DNA of 64,000 bases from Convolutriloba macropyga (Eukaryota), in assembly GCF_964194025.1 (NCBI RefSeq), contig NC_134473.1, positions 53,072,001-53,136,000 on the forward strand, written 5' to 3'. This document shows, in pieces, positions 40,493 to 52,080 of this stretch. Position numbers and translations under genes: made by a program. How positions within the stretch are numbered: the first letter of the stretch is position 1; every line of letters starts with the position of its first letter. Below the pieces are notes generated by a model, which searched no databases, was not told where the DNA came from, and worked only from the letters and a program-made list of their open reading frames with translations.

Positions 40493-43400
40493 TGTAGTTG
40501 AGATTACATCAATTTATCTGAAACTGTGCTGAAAATTTAACAGAGTTCATACACTGTTGGGTTAGAGTAAAGTCTACTCCGCGCGCAGAAAAAATAGCCA
40601 ACTCTTTAGTCTCCTTAAGTCTTAAAAAAAGCCCATATAAGGGGTCTAACTTAACTGCGGTTGGGATAACTGGCTCACGAGTAGCTAAAATAGATAAGTA
40701 CCTCAAAGAAGGATTACCAGAAGGTAAGCTGATAAAACAAGTGCCAGGTAAACAGAAATTGGAAATTATGAGATATCTATAAATGTACTCAAGACGGCTC
40801 ACACGCAACACATAACTCTCTCCAGTGAATATGAATCCTCCTAGTCACAAGACAGTGGTAGAACTGGAACCCACAGGGCCTTACCGGTTAGACCCCGTAA
40901 CTGGAACATGGCTCACTCTATGGACTCATCCCAGCAACACAGCTCAAAATGGATTCACTGACACCTAGTTATCCTCACTCCAGGATCCATCGAATTTCAA
41001 GCAAGATTTCCTGCTGTAAGATTCCATGTACAAAATGAGTGATTCTATTCCCATTCTAATTAGCTACCACTCTCTGCCTTAAAAGATTCGGTATTAACAG
41101 TTCGCAAAGAAAACCAACCCTTCTAATCTTAGTATAGTTGCCTCGTGCAGCAAAAGCAAATATAGCTAACAGCTTGCCAGAAAATAGTTGACAATAGACT
41201 TGTAGATCTGCAGTCTCAAAAATATGAGTATTAAACACCAGAAAAAAATCACGTTCCATTGATTGCTAAGATATATTGTCATCCAGAAAGGGTACAACTT
41301 ACTGCTGTTTATATCAGCTGCACTCAAAGAACCTTCATTTAGAGTGACACTCAGTTGACCATATCTTCACATAGAGTGAGTAAAAGTCATTTTTGAAAGT
41401 GGAGAAAGACATTCTTGAGAGTCAGTTAAATCATTTGACAAAAAAAATATCGCACGAATGAACAATTTTCTCCAATGAGAGTGAAAGATGATGACAAACA
41501 AACAAAAACAAAGAAAACATCACTGAATTTCCATTTTCTTTTTACAAAAAAGTTACTCAGAGTTGAGCTCCAATACCATCCTCAAAGAGAAATAGATTAG
41601 AAAAATTTCTAAAAATTCAGCTGAATATATTGATCAGAGACAAGTATGAATTATGAAAGAGCAAATGAGACTAGTCTTTAATATGCGTCAGACAAACAAA
41701 AAGATAAACGACAAAACAGGAAAAATTCAAGAATCAGCTTAAAATTTTAAAACAAGTTTAGCTAGGGAATCAATAAAACAGTTACGTATCACTTAAACAA
41801 TGAAAGAGACTCCGATATCATTAAATAGAGAGTCAATTTGACCTGTCATTGATTAGACTAAGTGACATAACAACAAAGCAATTTAGAAAACCGCAAAACA
41901 TCAAAAATCACTCATTATTTTTAAAAGAATAAGTAGGTGACAAATTTGCTAGAAATAGTTAGAGAATAAAAACGATCGAATAGATTATAATATGGCTAAT
42001 TATGGAGCAAATCAGACCTATCATTTGCGATGTTACACGATAAACAATAAAAAATACAAAAACGAGCGATATCCAAAAAAGGAACATTTTTTGGAAACAG
42101 GTAGAAGCAAAGTCGTTAAAATATAGATTTGAAAGAACACCTTCAAATAAATTCAAATTTAACTAATTAGAGCGCGAATGAGACCTGTAATCTATGAGAA
42201 AACTGGCCGGAACAACAAAAACAACAACGCAAAGTCGAAAAGAAAAACAATATTTCCTGGAAACAGTTGGCGTCTAGGTCCTAAAACCTAAGTCTGCTTG
42301 AGGGTTTAAAAACTGCAACTTTGGATAATAGGAACACATATGCCACCTTCTGAAAACAGTCCTGCAGCAAATCAAGAGAGCAGCAGCAAAATCTAAGGTC
42401 AAATTGAGTCAAGTGAACAAAAATTTGCTCTGTAAACCAAAATACTGTTCGAACATCAAATTCACAATCCACTTTATAAGCAGATACACCCCTAACCTTT
42501 CTTCTCAAAAACAGTAACTCATTACCTCGCCGAATTTTAGTAAAAAATTTGTTAAAATTTACAACTGTCAAAGAGATTTAAGCATTGGCATCATTGGAAA
42601 AAATTAAACTATAAAAATTACGGCATCATTCAGAAACAATACAAAAAGCGGCACATATTTAAAACAAGAGATACCTTTGACTAAAAACTCACTGAAACCT
42701 TGATACCACAAAATTTCATATTAGTTAAAACATCTTGTAAAGTTGAAAAATTGCCAAAAATCATAGAATAGTCAAATGCTGATAGGCTAAAAAATGGCAG
42801 GGCCAAAAATTGTCATGAAGTAACTCATGATAGTAGTCTTAAAAAGCTAAAACTCCACAATCAATTCTTTGACCCAAGAGACACACTTTGAAAGGAGATA
42901 ATATTCTTAGATTAAATAAACTCAGTTTAGTACTTAACTGATCTAAAAAGTAGAACTCAAGAAAACACACAAAAAATTGGTTTTAGAATCACATCACTCC
43001 AGTCAAAAAAAGATATACTTCTCTGGCAGTTTTAGTTGTTGGTGATCTTCGGCAGCAATCGAATACGCAGGTGAATTGAACGCGCTGAGTTAAGGGTGGA
43101 AGCATTTGCAGAGGAAAGGGGAAGTTGGGGGAGGGGTGAAGTGGGAGGGGGTCGGAAAAGGAGGGAACAACGCTTCACACCATACAGAGATCTTATGTGG
43201 CCATAAGAACAGCCCTTCAAAGAACACAGAACAGGACAAAGAACAGCCTTTCACTCCATTAATGTTTCACCAAAGCATTTTCTGTGAACTGCGTAATTGC
43301 AAACAAAAAAATTTGAACAACCATAAAAGCAGAGCAAATAAAACTATAGGTTTAAGTAGAATGCTAGAATGATACATGCTAGAGTGTGGAGAATATGGAC

Positions 43401-44127
43401 ACATTAAACGAACAGAACATAGAAATAAACAGTACACTTCTTGATTTTTGAAAGATAAAAATCAAAATGAAAAAAAAAAAACGGATGTAAAAACGTAGCC
43501 ACGATAGACGCTTGTGGCCTTCCATGGAATTGAAACAACTGAGGAAATAATTTAGACAGATTGACAACCAGTCGTTCAATAGAACACTAGACTTTTTGGG
43601 TTAGATTCGGACTCATTTTTAAGAGACACATACATTCTATTAGGAAAAAACCATAGGAGCTTTTTCAAAATTAATATTTGAAATCAAAACTCAAGAATCT
43701 AATACTCAAGAATTAGGGCATTTAATTTTGGCAATACTTAAATGAACACTATTGATCTTCAACTAGTAAATGTTCATAAAATTTAAAGTTCCATAAATGG
43801 ATTCAGAAGTCATTTTTTTAGTGAGGTAAGTCACGCAATTGACCTAAAAGCAGAAATGACGTCACGCACACAAATTTTAACTGCAAAGCAGTAGAAGTCA
43901 CTAAAGTCATTGAAAAAGTCAATTACAAGAAGTCAGGTCGTAAGAATCATCGATGGAGACGACGAATTAAAAACAGCCAGTAGAATACCGGAAACGACTC
44001 GAATCATCGTGCATTGTAATCTATAGCCGAACCCTACCGAAATCAGAATATCAAAACAGACAAGAAAAAAAACAAAAGTAGCCCAACAAACCACCGTAAT
44101 TTTTTTTAAAATGCCGACAATTTTTTA

Positions 44128-44957
44128 GGTGTGGGGGGAGCTAGGTGGGGTGGGTGGTTAGATAGGTTGGGGAGGTAGGTGCCTACCCCCCCCCCCCCCC
44201 CCCCCCAACTTACCCCCACCTACCCCTACCCCTCCCTCCACCTAGCTACACCCCCCCCGGCCCCAACTCACCCCCTCCCCCCTACCCCGCAAACTACCCC
44301 CTCCCTTCATCTAATTACCCCCCCCCCCCCCACCTACCTTCCCCCCAACTTACAGTTTNNNNNNNNNNNNNNNNNNNNNNNNNNNNNNNNNNNNNNNNNN
44401 NNNNNNNNNNNNNNNNNNNNNNNNNNNNNNNNNNNNNNNNNNNNNNNNNNNNNNNNNNNNNNNNNNNNNNNNNNNNNNNNNNNNNNNNNNNNNNNNNNNN
44501 NNNNNNNNNNNNNNNNNNNNNNNNNNNNNNNNNNNNNNNNNNNNNNNNNNNNNNNNNNTTTGCCGACAATATTTTAGGTGTGGGGGAGCTAGGTGGGGTG
44601 GGTGGGAAGATAGGTTGGAGAGGTAGGTGCCCACCCCCTTCACCGCCCCCCCGCCCCCCCCCCCCCCCAACTACCACTACCCCCTCCCTCAACCTAGCTA
44701 CCTCCCCCCGCCCCAACTTACCCCCCTCCTCCCCCCCTACCCCGCAAACTAACCCCTCCCTTCACCTAACTACCCCCCCCCCCCCACCTACCTTCCCCCA
44801 AATTAGCCCCCCCCCACCTACCCCTACACCCTCCCTCCACCTAGCTACACCAACCTACCCTCCTCCCCCCCCCCCCCCCCCCCAACTACCTCAGCACTAC
44901 CCAACTTCCCAACCTATCTATCCACCCACAAACTTTCTACCCCCCCCCACCACCTAC
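44128..44957. repeat. C-rich low-complexity/minisatellite with a G-rich inverted arm, spanning the assembly gap
   Basis: G-rich arm 44128-44182 (repeated 44576-44630) is the approximate reverse complement of 44894-44955; the interior is CCCCACCTA-like repeats. Confidence 0.75.
44359..44558. other. Assembly gap (200 N)
   Basis: Run of N. Confidence 1.
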
Positions 44958-46584
44958 CTGTTGTTGTGCAGTGTAGTTTTGATAATTTGGGGTGACTTAT
45001 ATAGGAACAAAAATCTCAAAATGATCTCTTCACCTTGAATATTATCAGCAGTTCCTCAGTAATAAACATTACAAACGAAGCTACTGTTAAAGTCCAATGT
45101 TCGAAAACAGAAGTCAACAATCAAAAACGGAGGTAAGTACTCGAACAGAAAGAAGTCAAAATTCAAGTCATGAAAACTTGCTTACTGCTAAAAAAAACCT
45201 GTAGAATCTCAATACTACTCTTCGAGTCCTAAAAACCACGATGTCCCCAATAATAGCCGCTATCGCTTCGCGGCTATTAAAAAAACATTCAAAAAAATTC
45301 TCTGTAAAACGCTAGAAAGCAATTTCTTAGCCATTATTCAGACCAATTTTAACTGCATCTTCTGCAAGATCAGTCAGCCAACCATAACTCGGCAGAGAAC
45401 TATTAAACATTCGAAAGATACCAACATGAAAATAGCTGTGTTATAAAATATTTCAGTAAAAAGTGACATTTCTAGCTTTCAACACGTTTGATAATACTTG
45501 CTGCCATTGATCTTTAACTAAATCTTTATGCATACTATTGATCTTTAACTAGTAAATGTTCATTAAAATTAAAGTTCATTAAGTGAGCTCAGAAGTCATT
45601 TTTTTGAGTGAGTTAAGTAACGCAAGTGACCTAAAAGCAGAACAAATGACGTAACGCACACAAATTATAACTGCAAAGCAGTAGAAGTCACGAATTGAAA
45701 AAATCAATGGTCGCAAGAATCATCGATGGAGAGAGACGACGAATTAAAGAAGTCCACGATGTCACCAATAATAGCCGCTATCGCTTCGCAGCTGTTAAAC
45801 AAATACTTTTCTGGATTCAGCAATCAATGCTTAAAAAAACTGCACAACCATCCTCCTGTAGATTAAAAAAGGGAACAGATTTCAATATTCGAAACATAAA
45901 AATATTTTGAAAAAAGACAAAGCCAAAAAATAATTCAATATTAAAACGAAACTAAAATGCCTGAAAGTGCAAATAATTAAAAATTGAGAAATATGTGCCC
46001 ATTTTACACTTTGAATGCATCAAAAAGATGGTAGCTTCTCAAAAACACTGTGTTATCAATTTCAGAGGGTTACAAATTAATACGGCATGGACTATAAATT
46101 ATTTAAAAAAAACAAATTACAAAATAAACTGGGCCCATTGGACAAAAAACGGCTAAAAACGGTTATAAATATGTGCCATTTTGTCAAAAACACTTTTGAA
46201 AGTTGAAGAGTCATTCATTGAACGCATCGCTTGATCAGACTACTTCTCTAGCTCAGTTCACACGGTAATTTTACCCACTTTCTCTTTTAGGTCAAAACGT
46301 TTGAACAAATAGTACTTCTGTTAAGAAAGCCTCAATAAAACCAATAATCCCTTTCAAGTTGTATTTCGGATTGTAAAAAGACAGATCACCAATACAATCC
46401 AACCCTTGGTTATTTTCTCAGACATTCAATGAGAACAAATTCCACATTAATTTAAAGTGAAGAATGCTCTAAGTTTATTAAAAGAGTTTAGGAGCGAGGT
46501 TGATAATTCAAAACCAATTTCTCATTAAACATTTATACCGCAAATGAATTATTATCGGAGCTATTTAATATTTTTTTCATGAAT

Positions 46585-48123
46585 TCACTCAGCCCCATCT
46601 AAATTCAGATCATCCAACATTTCCGCCAGAGAAATCTTTGGATATTCTTCATCCGCATTATTCGCTCCGTCAACTTCCATTCCATCTCCGTGATCTTGCA
46701 CTCTCGATGATCCCTGCTTCTGCTTCCCTTTATCCGCATAGATATTCACTTTGCTCCTCATTACCGGATCTTCCTCCAAATCTTCTAAGAAATCGGCGTA
46801 ATCTCCGTCGTTACTGTACGACACTGAATCGCGATGATTGATTCCCAATTTTTTCAGCTTCCAGTTTCGTTCTCGGTTTCGTTTCACGCGGTTTGGGTAG
46901 ATTTTCTTCACGATAATAGCGTCTGGAATCTTATCAGCAGACATGGTCTCAAGAATCGCGTGATTGACGTTGCTGTAACGGAAGTCAAACCCCAGTACAG
47001 TATCTCCGGGTCTCAGAAGGTGTCCTAAATGAGTCCTGGTGTGTACTTGCGACAGTCCGATTTCATTTGGTCGGCTCATGTAAACATCTGCAAGCATGTG
47101 TCGGTTCGAAACGACACCACCGCTTCCAAGGTTCATTTCTGACTCGTCCACAATTTCGACCTCGATAATTACGAATTCGGTCAATTGAGTTGGCGTGCAA
47201 ATGGCCGAAAACGGCTCCCTCCAGAAAACGTTTGCCGATACCTCACCAACATGCAATGTAAATGGATCGATTAACGTAATCAGATTTGTCACGTGAATAC
47301 ATATACACAATTGAGATAAATTGCCCAAAGATTGGGCTAATTTCTTGGGAAGAGCCACTATATTTTCACGACAAACAGGAACAATTTCAATACTGAAATT
47401 GTGCTTATAATTGTACACGTTATCATGCGTATCGTGCGATTTAAGTTTCCTCGACGCTGTGTATCGACAAGGTACCACTTGCTGAACAAATTCTAGAAAC
47501 TTCCGCGCTTCCTGTTCTCGTGCAAAAAAGAAATCAACTCCACCGCTTTCGGTTTTAACATTAGTGCATAATGAATGCTGATTATATTTGAGAATTAGCT
47601 GTTCCAGGTAATAGAATGTCTTTCTATGAGTTGTTTTCTGACGAACTTGTACAACCGCTTTCCAGAAATCTTGAGCTTCAGTTCGATGACAATCATCGCA
47701 CATGTGATTTTGAATGATGAAAGTGACAACTACATTCTGTCGCAGAATTGTACCGGCTTCTATTTCTTTCTCAACCACAATTTTAACATTCACAACTTTT
47801 GAATGCGGCTCAGTCCACAGAAACGAAGCGTCCACGAGTCGAAGACTTTTCTTCAAACCTTTGATTCGCTTCAGGCAAATTCCCAATAACTGCTTTGATT
47901 CCAAATCTGCGGTTATCCATTGATTAGGTGGTTGAAGTACGCGAGAGCATTTCTGACAAACTTCAAGTGTGTTGCTAGTTGAGATTTCATCGACGATATT
48001 AGCTTGCACTTTGATGCAATTTACACACATGTTGGCTGCGTTCGGTTGAATTGGAGTCGAACATTGGCAGCATAAAATGACCACATTCTCTGAAGGTCCG
48101 AATATCGCTGAATCGGTGTCCAT
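46585..48123 (-). CDS. NMD3: 60S ribosomal subunit export adaptor NMD3, 512 aa, intronless CDS
   Basis: N-terminal Cys pairs 'CCQC...PNAANMCVNC...CQKC', 'LVDASFLWTEPHSK', 'CDDCHRTEAQDFWKAVVQVRQK', 'HTRTHLGHLL', 'DFLEDLEED', C-terminal NES 'LAEMLDDLNL'. Confidence 0.97.
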   Translation of the reverse strand: MDTDSAIFGPSENVVILCCQCSTPIQPNAANMCVNCIKVQANIVDEISTSNTLEVCQKCSRVLQPPNQWITADLESKQLLGICLKRIKGLKKSLRLVDASFLWTEPHSKVVNVKIVVEKEIEAGTILRQNVVVTFIIQNHMCDDCHRTEAQDFWKAVVQVRQKTTHRKTFYYLEQLILKYNQHSLCTNVKTESGGVDFFFAREQEARKFLEFVQQVVPCRYTASRKLKSHDTHDNVYNYKHNFSIEIVPVCRENIVALPKKLAQSLGNLSQLCICIHVTNLITLIDPFTLHVGEVSANVFWREPFSAICTPTQLTEFVIIEVEIVDESEMNLGSGGVVSNRHMLADVYMSRPNEIGLSQVHTRTHLGHLLRPGDTVLGFDFRYSNVNHAILETMSADKIPDAIIVKKIYPNRVKRNRERNWKLKKLGINHRDSVSYSNDGDYADFLEDLEEDPVMRSKVNIYADKGKQKQGSSRVQDHGDGMEVDGANNADEEYPKISLAEMLDDLNLDGAE

Positions 48124-48193
48124 GGCTCTGAAATTTGATAACAGAACTTTCCAATAATTTCAGTGACGATAAAAAACAGCAATTACCTAAAAA

Positions 48194-48652
48194 CATAACC
48201 GACTAGCGTCGGGCGAATTGCTCTCAAACGACCTGCGAGCGGTTGGCTTCTTCAGTAGCTAGCCACGGTTTAGTGAGGCTAGCTTAAGATTAATTGAAGG
48301 GGCGTAAGTTGAGCGCAGCGGGGGTGCACCGCAGCGGGGGTGCACCACAGCGGGCGTGCAAAAGTGGATTGGGGGACTAATGTGGGGGCGGTGGGTGGGG
48401 TGTGGGATCAATTTCTAAGAACCGCCCTTAACACCATAAATCTCTGTTCAGCTTCTGTTCATCGCATACTTGAAAACTAGTGGGCTGAACAGCTCTAAGA
48501 GAACTTAATGCAAACAGGGAGCTACCGCTTTATCCCGTTTCTGAAGACGAAGGTCGATTGGGTCCGACAAAAAATCGGCCAGGCGAAAAACTGCATAAAA
48601 GAGACAAACCGGATTAATATATTTGCTACAAATTGCTTTTGAGAGCAATTAA
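48194..48652 (-). mobile_element. Complete ~460-bp HINE, family C type copy
   Basis: Hairpin CCGAC-TAGC-GTCGG (48199-48212); perfect 13-bp subTIRs AATTGCTCTCAAA (48216-48228) / TTTGAGAGCAATT (48638-48650). Related copies at ~33140-33455 and ~51560-51830; isolated ends at 13404 and 16852. Confidence 0.78.
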
Positions 48653-50814
48653 CAACGATTTCCTAAAAAGTGCCTGTTAAGTCATTTAAGATAAAAAACA
48701 TTTCTAGTATAACCTATTGTTAATGAGAATCAGAGATGATGACAATACGCCACATAACAGCAGCTGAAGTGCGGCATCAACAAAGAGAGAGAGAGAGAGA
48801 AAGAGAGAGATAAAACGTGAACGAGAAAGAGGGAAAGAAACCCTAACCGACAGAGAGAGAAAGAGATACGAATATTTTCCATGATGGAATTCGACTCCGC
48901 AATTTCTAATTTTTTTTCAAATTTCGCAGTAAAAAAATTTAAAACCATTTTTTGTCAAGAAAGTTTTAACAAGTAACCCATCTCCGAGACTTAAAACGTT
49001 GGCCAGTAATGGTCGTAACTCAGAAAAGGACAAAAAATATTGAAAAATTGAATCTATTCTTCTTTGCCCCCGCTTAGTGAGCATAAACTTTTTTATGACA
49101 CCCAGGCACACGTGCTAATTTCTTAAATAGTAACGAGCTATATAACAACATATAATTTGTAACAGCGGGTCATAAAAATATTGCGGGGCCGAAACAGAAT
49201 TTTTAGATCCAAATAATTTTGAAAAAGGCAAATTTTAACAAAATCTTGCTAAAATTCAAGAAACTAAGAACTTAAGAACCATTCCATTGTCTCAAGAGAC
49301 CATCCAATATCCCTGTTGCAAGCCTGAAATAGTTTCACTGGCTCATAAAGATCCACACACTTGGAACATGATAAATTTCCAAAAACTTTAAACAAATTTT
49401 ATCAAAAAATTTCTAAAACTGGAGTAATTAAAACATTGATAACCATTTCAATAACTCTCCAAAAACTGATCCAAAAACTATGCAGCAGCTTATCAAACCT
49501 CGGAGGAGGTCCCAGGGCCCCTGGTGCCGGAAAAAATCAAAAAGAAAAAAGGGCAAATATTTTAAAAAAATTGCTTAAAATCATGATATCAAAATCTTGA
49601 AGAACACTCCATTGCATCTATAAATCAAGCAGTAACATATTATCAAACACTAGAGGAAGTTCTGTAGCGAAACCTAAAAATTAACAAAGTTTCAATAAAC
49701 TTAAAAATTGCAGATTTTATTAAAAAAAATTGCTAAAACTTGTAATATTAAAAGGTTGAAAATTAATCCATGACCAACAAAAATTTCCCATTAACTTACT
49801 ATCAAACCCTAATTGAGATTTTCTATCCCTTGAGGGTAGAAAAACTTGAGTAATGACTGTCAAAAAATTGGAAAAAAAAATGACAAAAACTGTCAAAAAA
49901 TGCTAAAATTCCTGATGTTAAAATGTTGCAAGACATTCCATTACATCTAGAAATTATACAGTAACCTATTTTCAACACCTAGAGGAGGTTCTTTGGCTCT
50001 TGAGGATGAAAAAACCAAAAAAAAACAACAAAAAACCAACAATACTGCAAGAAATGACCAAAAATTGTTATTTCTCTCAATCGAAACATTATTTTACAAA
50101 ATAAAAACAGTAATCAATGGGCAGCAACATTTTCCTTGCTTTAACTATAAACATTAGTTATCGCTTTAAATCACAATAAGAGCAATAAAACTAAACAATG
50201 ACCAACAAATAAATAAAAATTAATCGAGAAAAAGAAAAAAGACAGAATATTCAAACGCAAAATTCGTAGGTTACTAAAACCAAACCCTAGGAAAATTTGC
50301 AGAAAAAGAATTCTTCAGAAATTGTAAAAGTGAAGCTAGCAAAACCCAGTGCCATATGTTAAATAAAATCAATTGCAAACAAAAAACTTTAAAAAATTCA
50401 AAGGAAAAAGACAAAAATCATTAGTTATTTTCGATAATTTTCAATTTAATTAAGGCAGGGCGAATAAACTATAGGATTTAGGAGAAGTCTAGCAAGAAAC
50501 ACGCTAGAATGTACAGAATACATACATTGTGGAAAAAATTGAAAAACTATCTCGCAATCGCCGAAAAATCAAAAAACTAAATTACGAACTCTAATTTAAC
50601 AAATAAAAAAAGGTAAAAAATACATGGACATTTTGCAATTAAGCATTTGAAGTTTCAGAACAATACATAGCCATCTTCATGTCTAAGTAATTTTTGAAAA
50701 CGTCTCAATTGCGAAACAGTAAAACCATTCGAAAAAAAATGTTCAAAAAATAGTAAAATTTTTTACTCGATTTTAAAGAGTTACCGCCAGAAACAATTCA
50801 ATTAGCCACAAAAA

Positions 50815-51315
50815 CATAGCTCGCAGATTGCCAGAAAATAGCCGCAATAGATTCGTAGATCGGCAGTCTAAAAAAAACAGTAAAAAAGACAGACCAAAAA
50901 AATCGTCTTCTCATTGAAGGCTGATCTGTTATATTTTGATTAAAAGTCTGTATAAGTTATTGCTGCCTCTATTAGCTGATCTCAAATAACCTTCATCTAG
51001 AGTGACACACTCCCATTTGACCATATCTCTTTGAATTAAAGTAAATAAAAGTCAATTTCAAAGTGAGGAAGTCATTTTTGTGAGTGAGGTAAGTCAAGTG
51101 TGACCAAAAATTTAATCACGCGCATGAACAAAAAAAAACTCGCTCCACTAAGAGCGAAAAATGACGTCACATGCAATTCAGTTGAAATTGCATGAACGAA
51201 TGAACAAAAAGTGGCTGTGACGTCATATGGTCGTAACAAAAATCATGACGACGAAATAAAAAAAAACCAAGAGAAGGCCAATAATAGCCCCAGCTATCGC
51301 TGTGCGGCTATTAAA
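50815..51315 (-). mobile_element. ~500-bp HINE, family A variant with a different body
   Basis: CATAGCTCGCAGATTGCCAGAAAATAGCCGCA ... AATAGCCCCAGCTATCGCTGTGCGGCTATTAAAA; body shared with ~21440-21850 and ~41170-41490. Confidence 0.68.
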
Positions 51316-52080
51316 AAAAATTGTCACTAACTTATTATCAAACACCTTAGGGTGTTTTTTGGCCCCCGAAAAAAGCTAAAATTCGTGAGGTTAAAATGTT
51401 GAAACCATTCCATTGCCACTAGAAACGATGCAGTAACCTATTATTGAAGCCTAAAGGAGGTTCCTTGATACCTAGGGCTGATGAAAAATAAAAAGATGTC
51501 AAAAACTTTCCAAAAAGCTTGAAAAAAATTTGCAAAATATTATAAATTTGCGTGTTTTTAGCGAGCGGTTGTTCGTCAGTAGCTAGTCCGGAATTAGGGG
51601 GGATGCACACTTAGACCGCAAGTCTCCAAAACAATTTGAGCTGAAACAGAGCTGAAAGGCTGTAAGAGTACTTAATGACCGCTGGGCGCTACCTGTTTAT
51701 CCCGTTTCTGAGGACGAAAAGTCATAAGCGTCAGACGAAAAATCAGTCACGCGAAAAATTGCATTAAAAAGACCGACAGGGCTAATATAATTAATAATTG
51801 CTACAAACTTCGTTTGAGAGCAATTAAAAACCAATTTGGCTACGGAGAGCCTTTGAAATGCTATTAAAAAGCGTTAAGAATAGAACTAAGCATGTATTTT
51901 TTCAAACAGTGGTAAATAGCGGCTAATGGATTAAAAAAAACAATGGAACTCTAAAAATATCTATTCTTAAGATAGTCAATTATTTTATTCATCAAATGTT
52001 TCCAAGCGATACAAACAATAAAACTTTGCCTACACTACCTGAGGTTAAACTATTAAACTACATCAATAATTTAATTCCTT

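Noticed and set aside
44179-45038. Proline-rich or glycine-rich ORFs (extensin/formin-like)
   Set aside because: Translation of a C-rich repeat running through an N gap; no credible start or splice structure.
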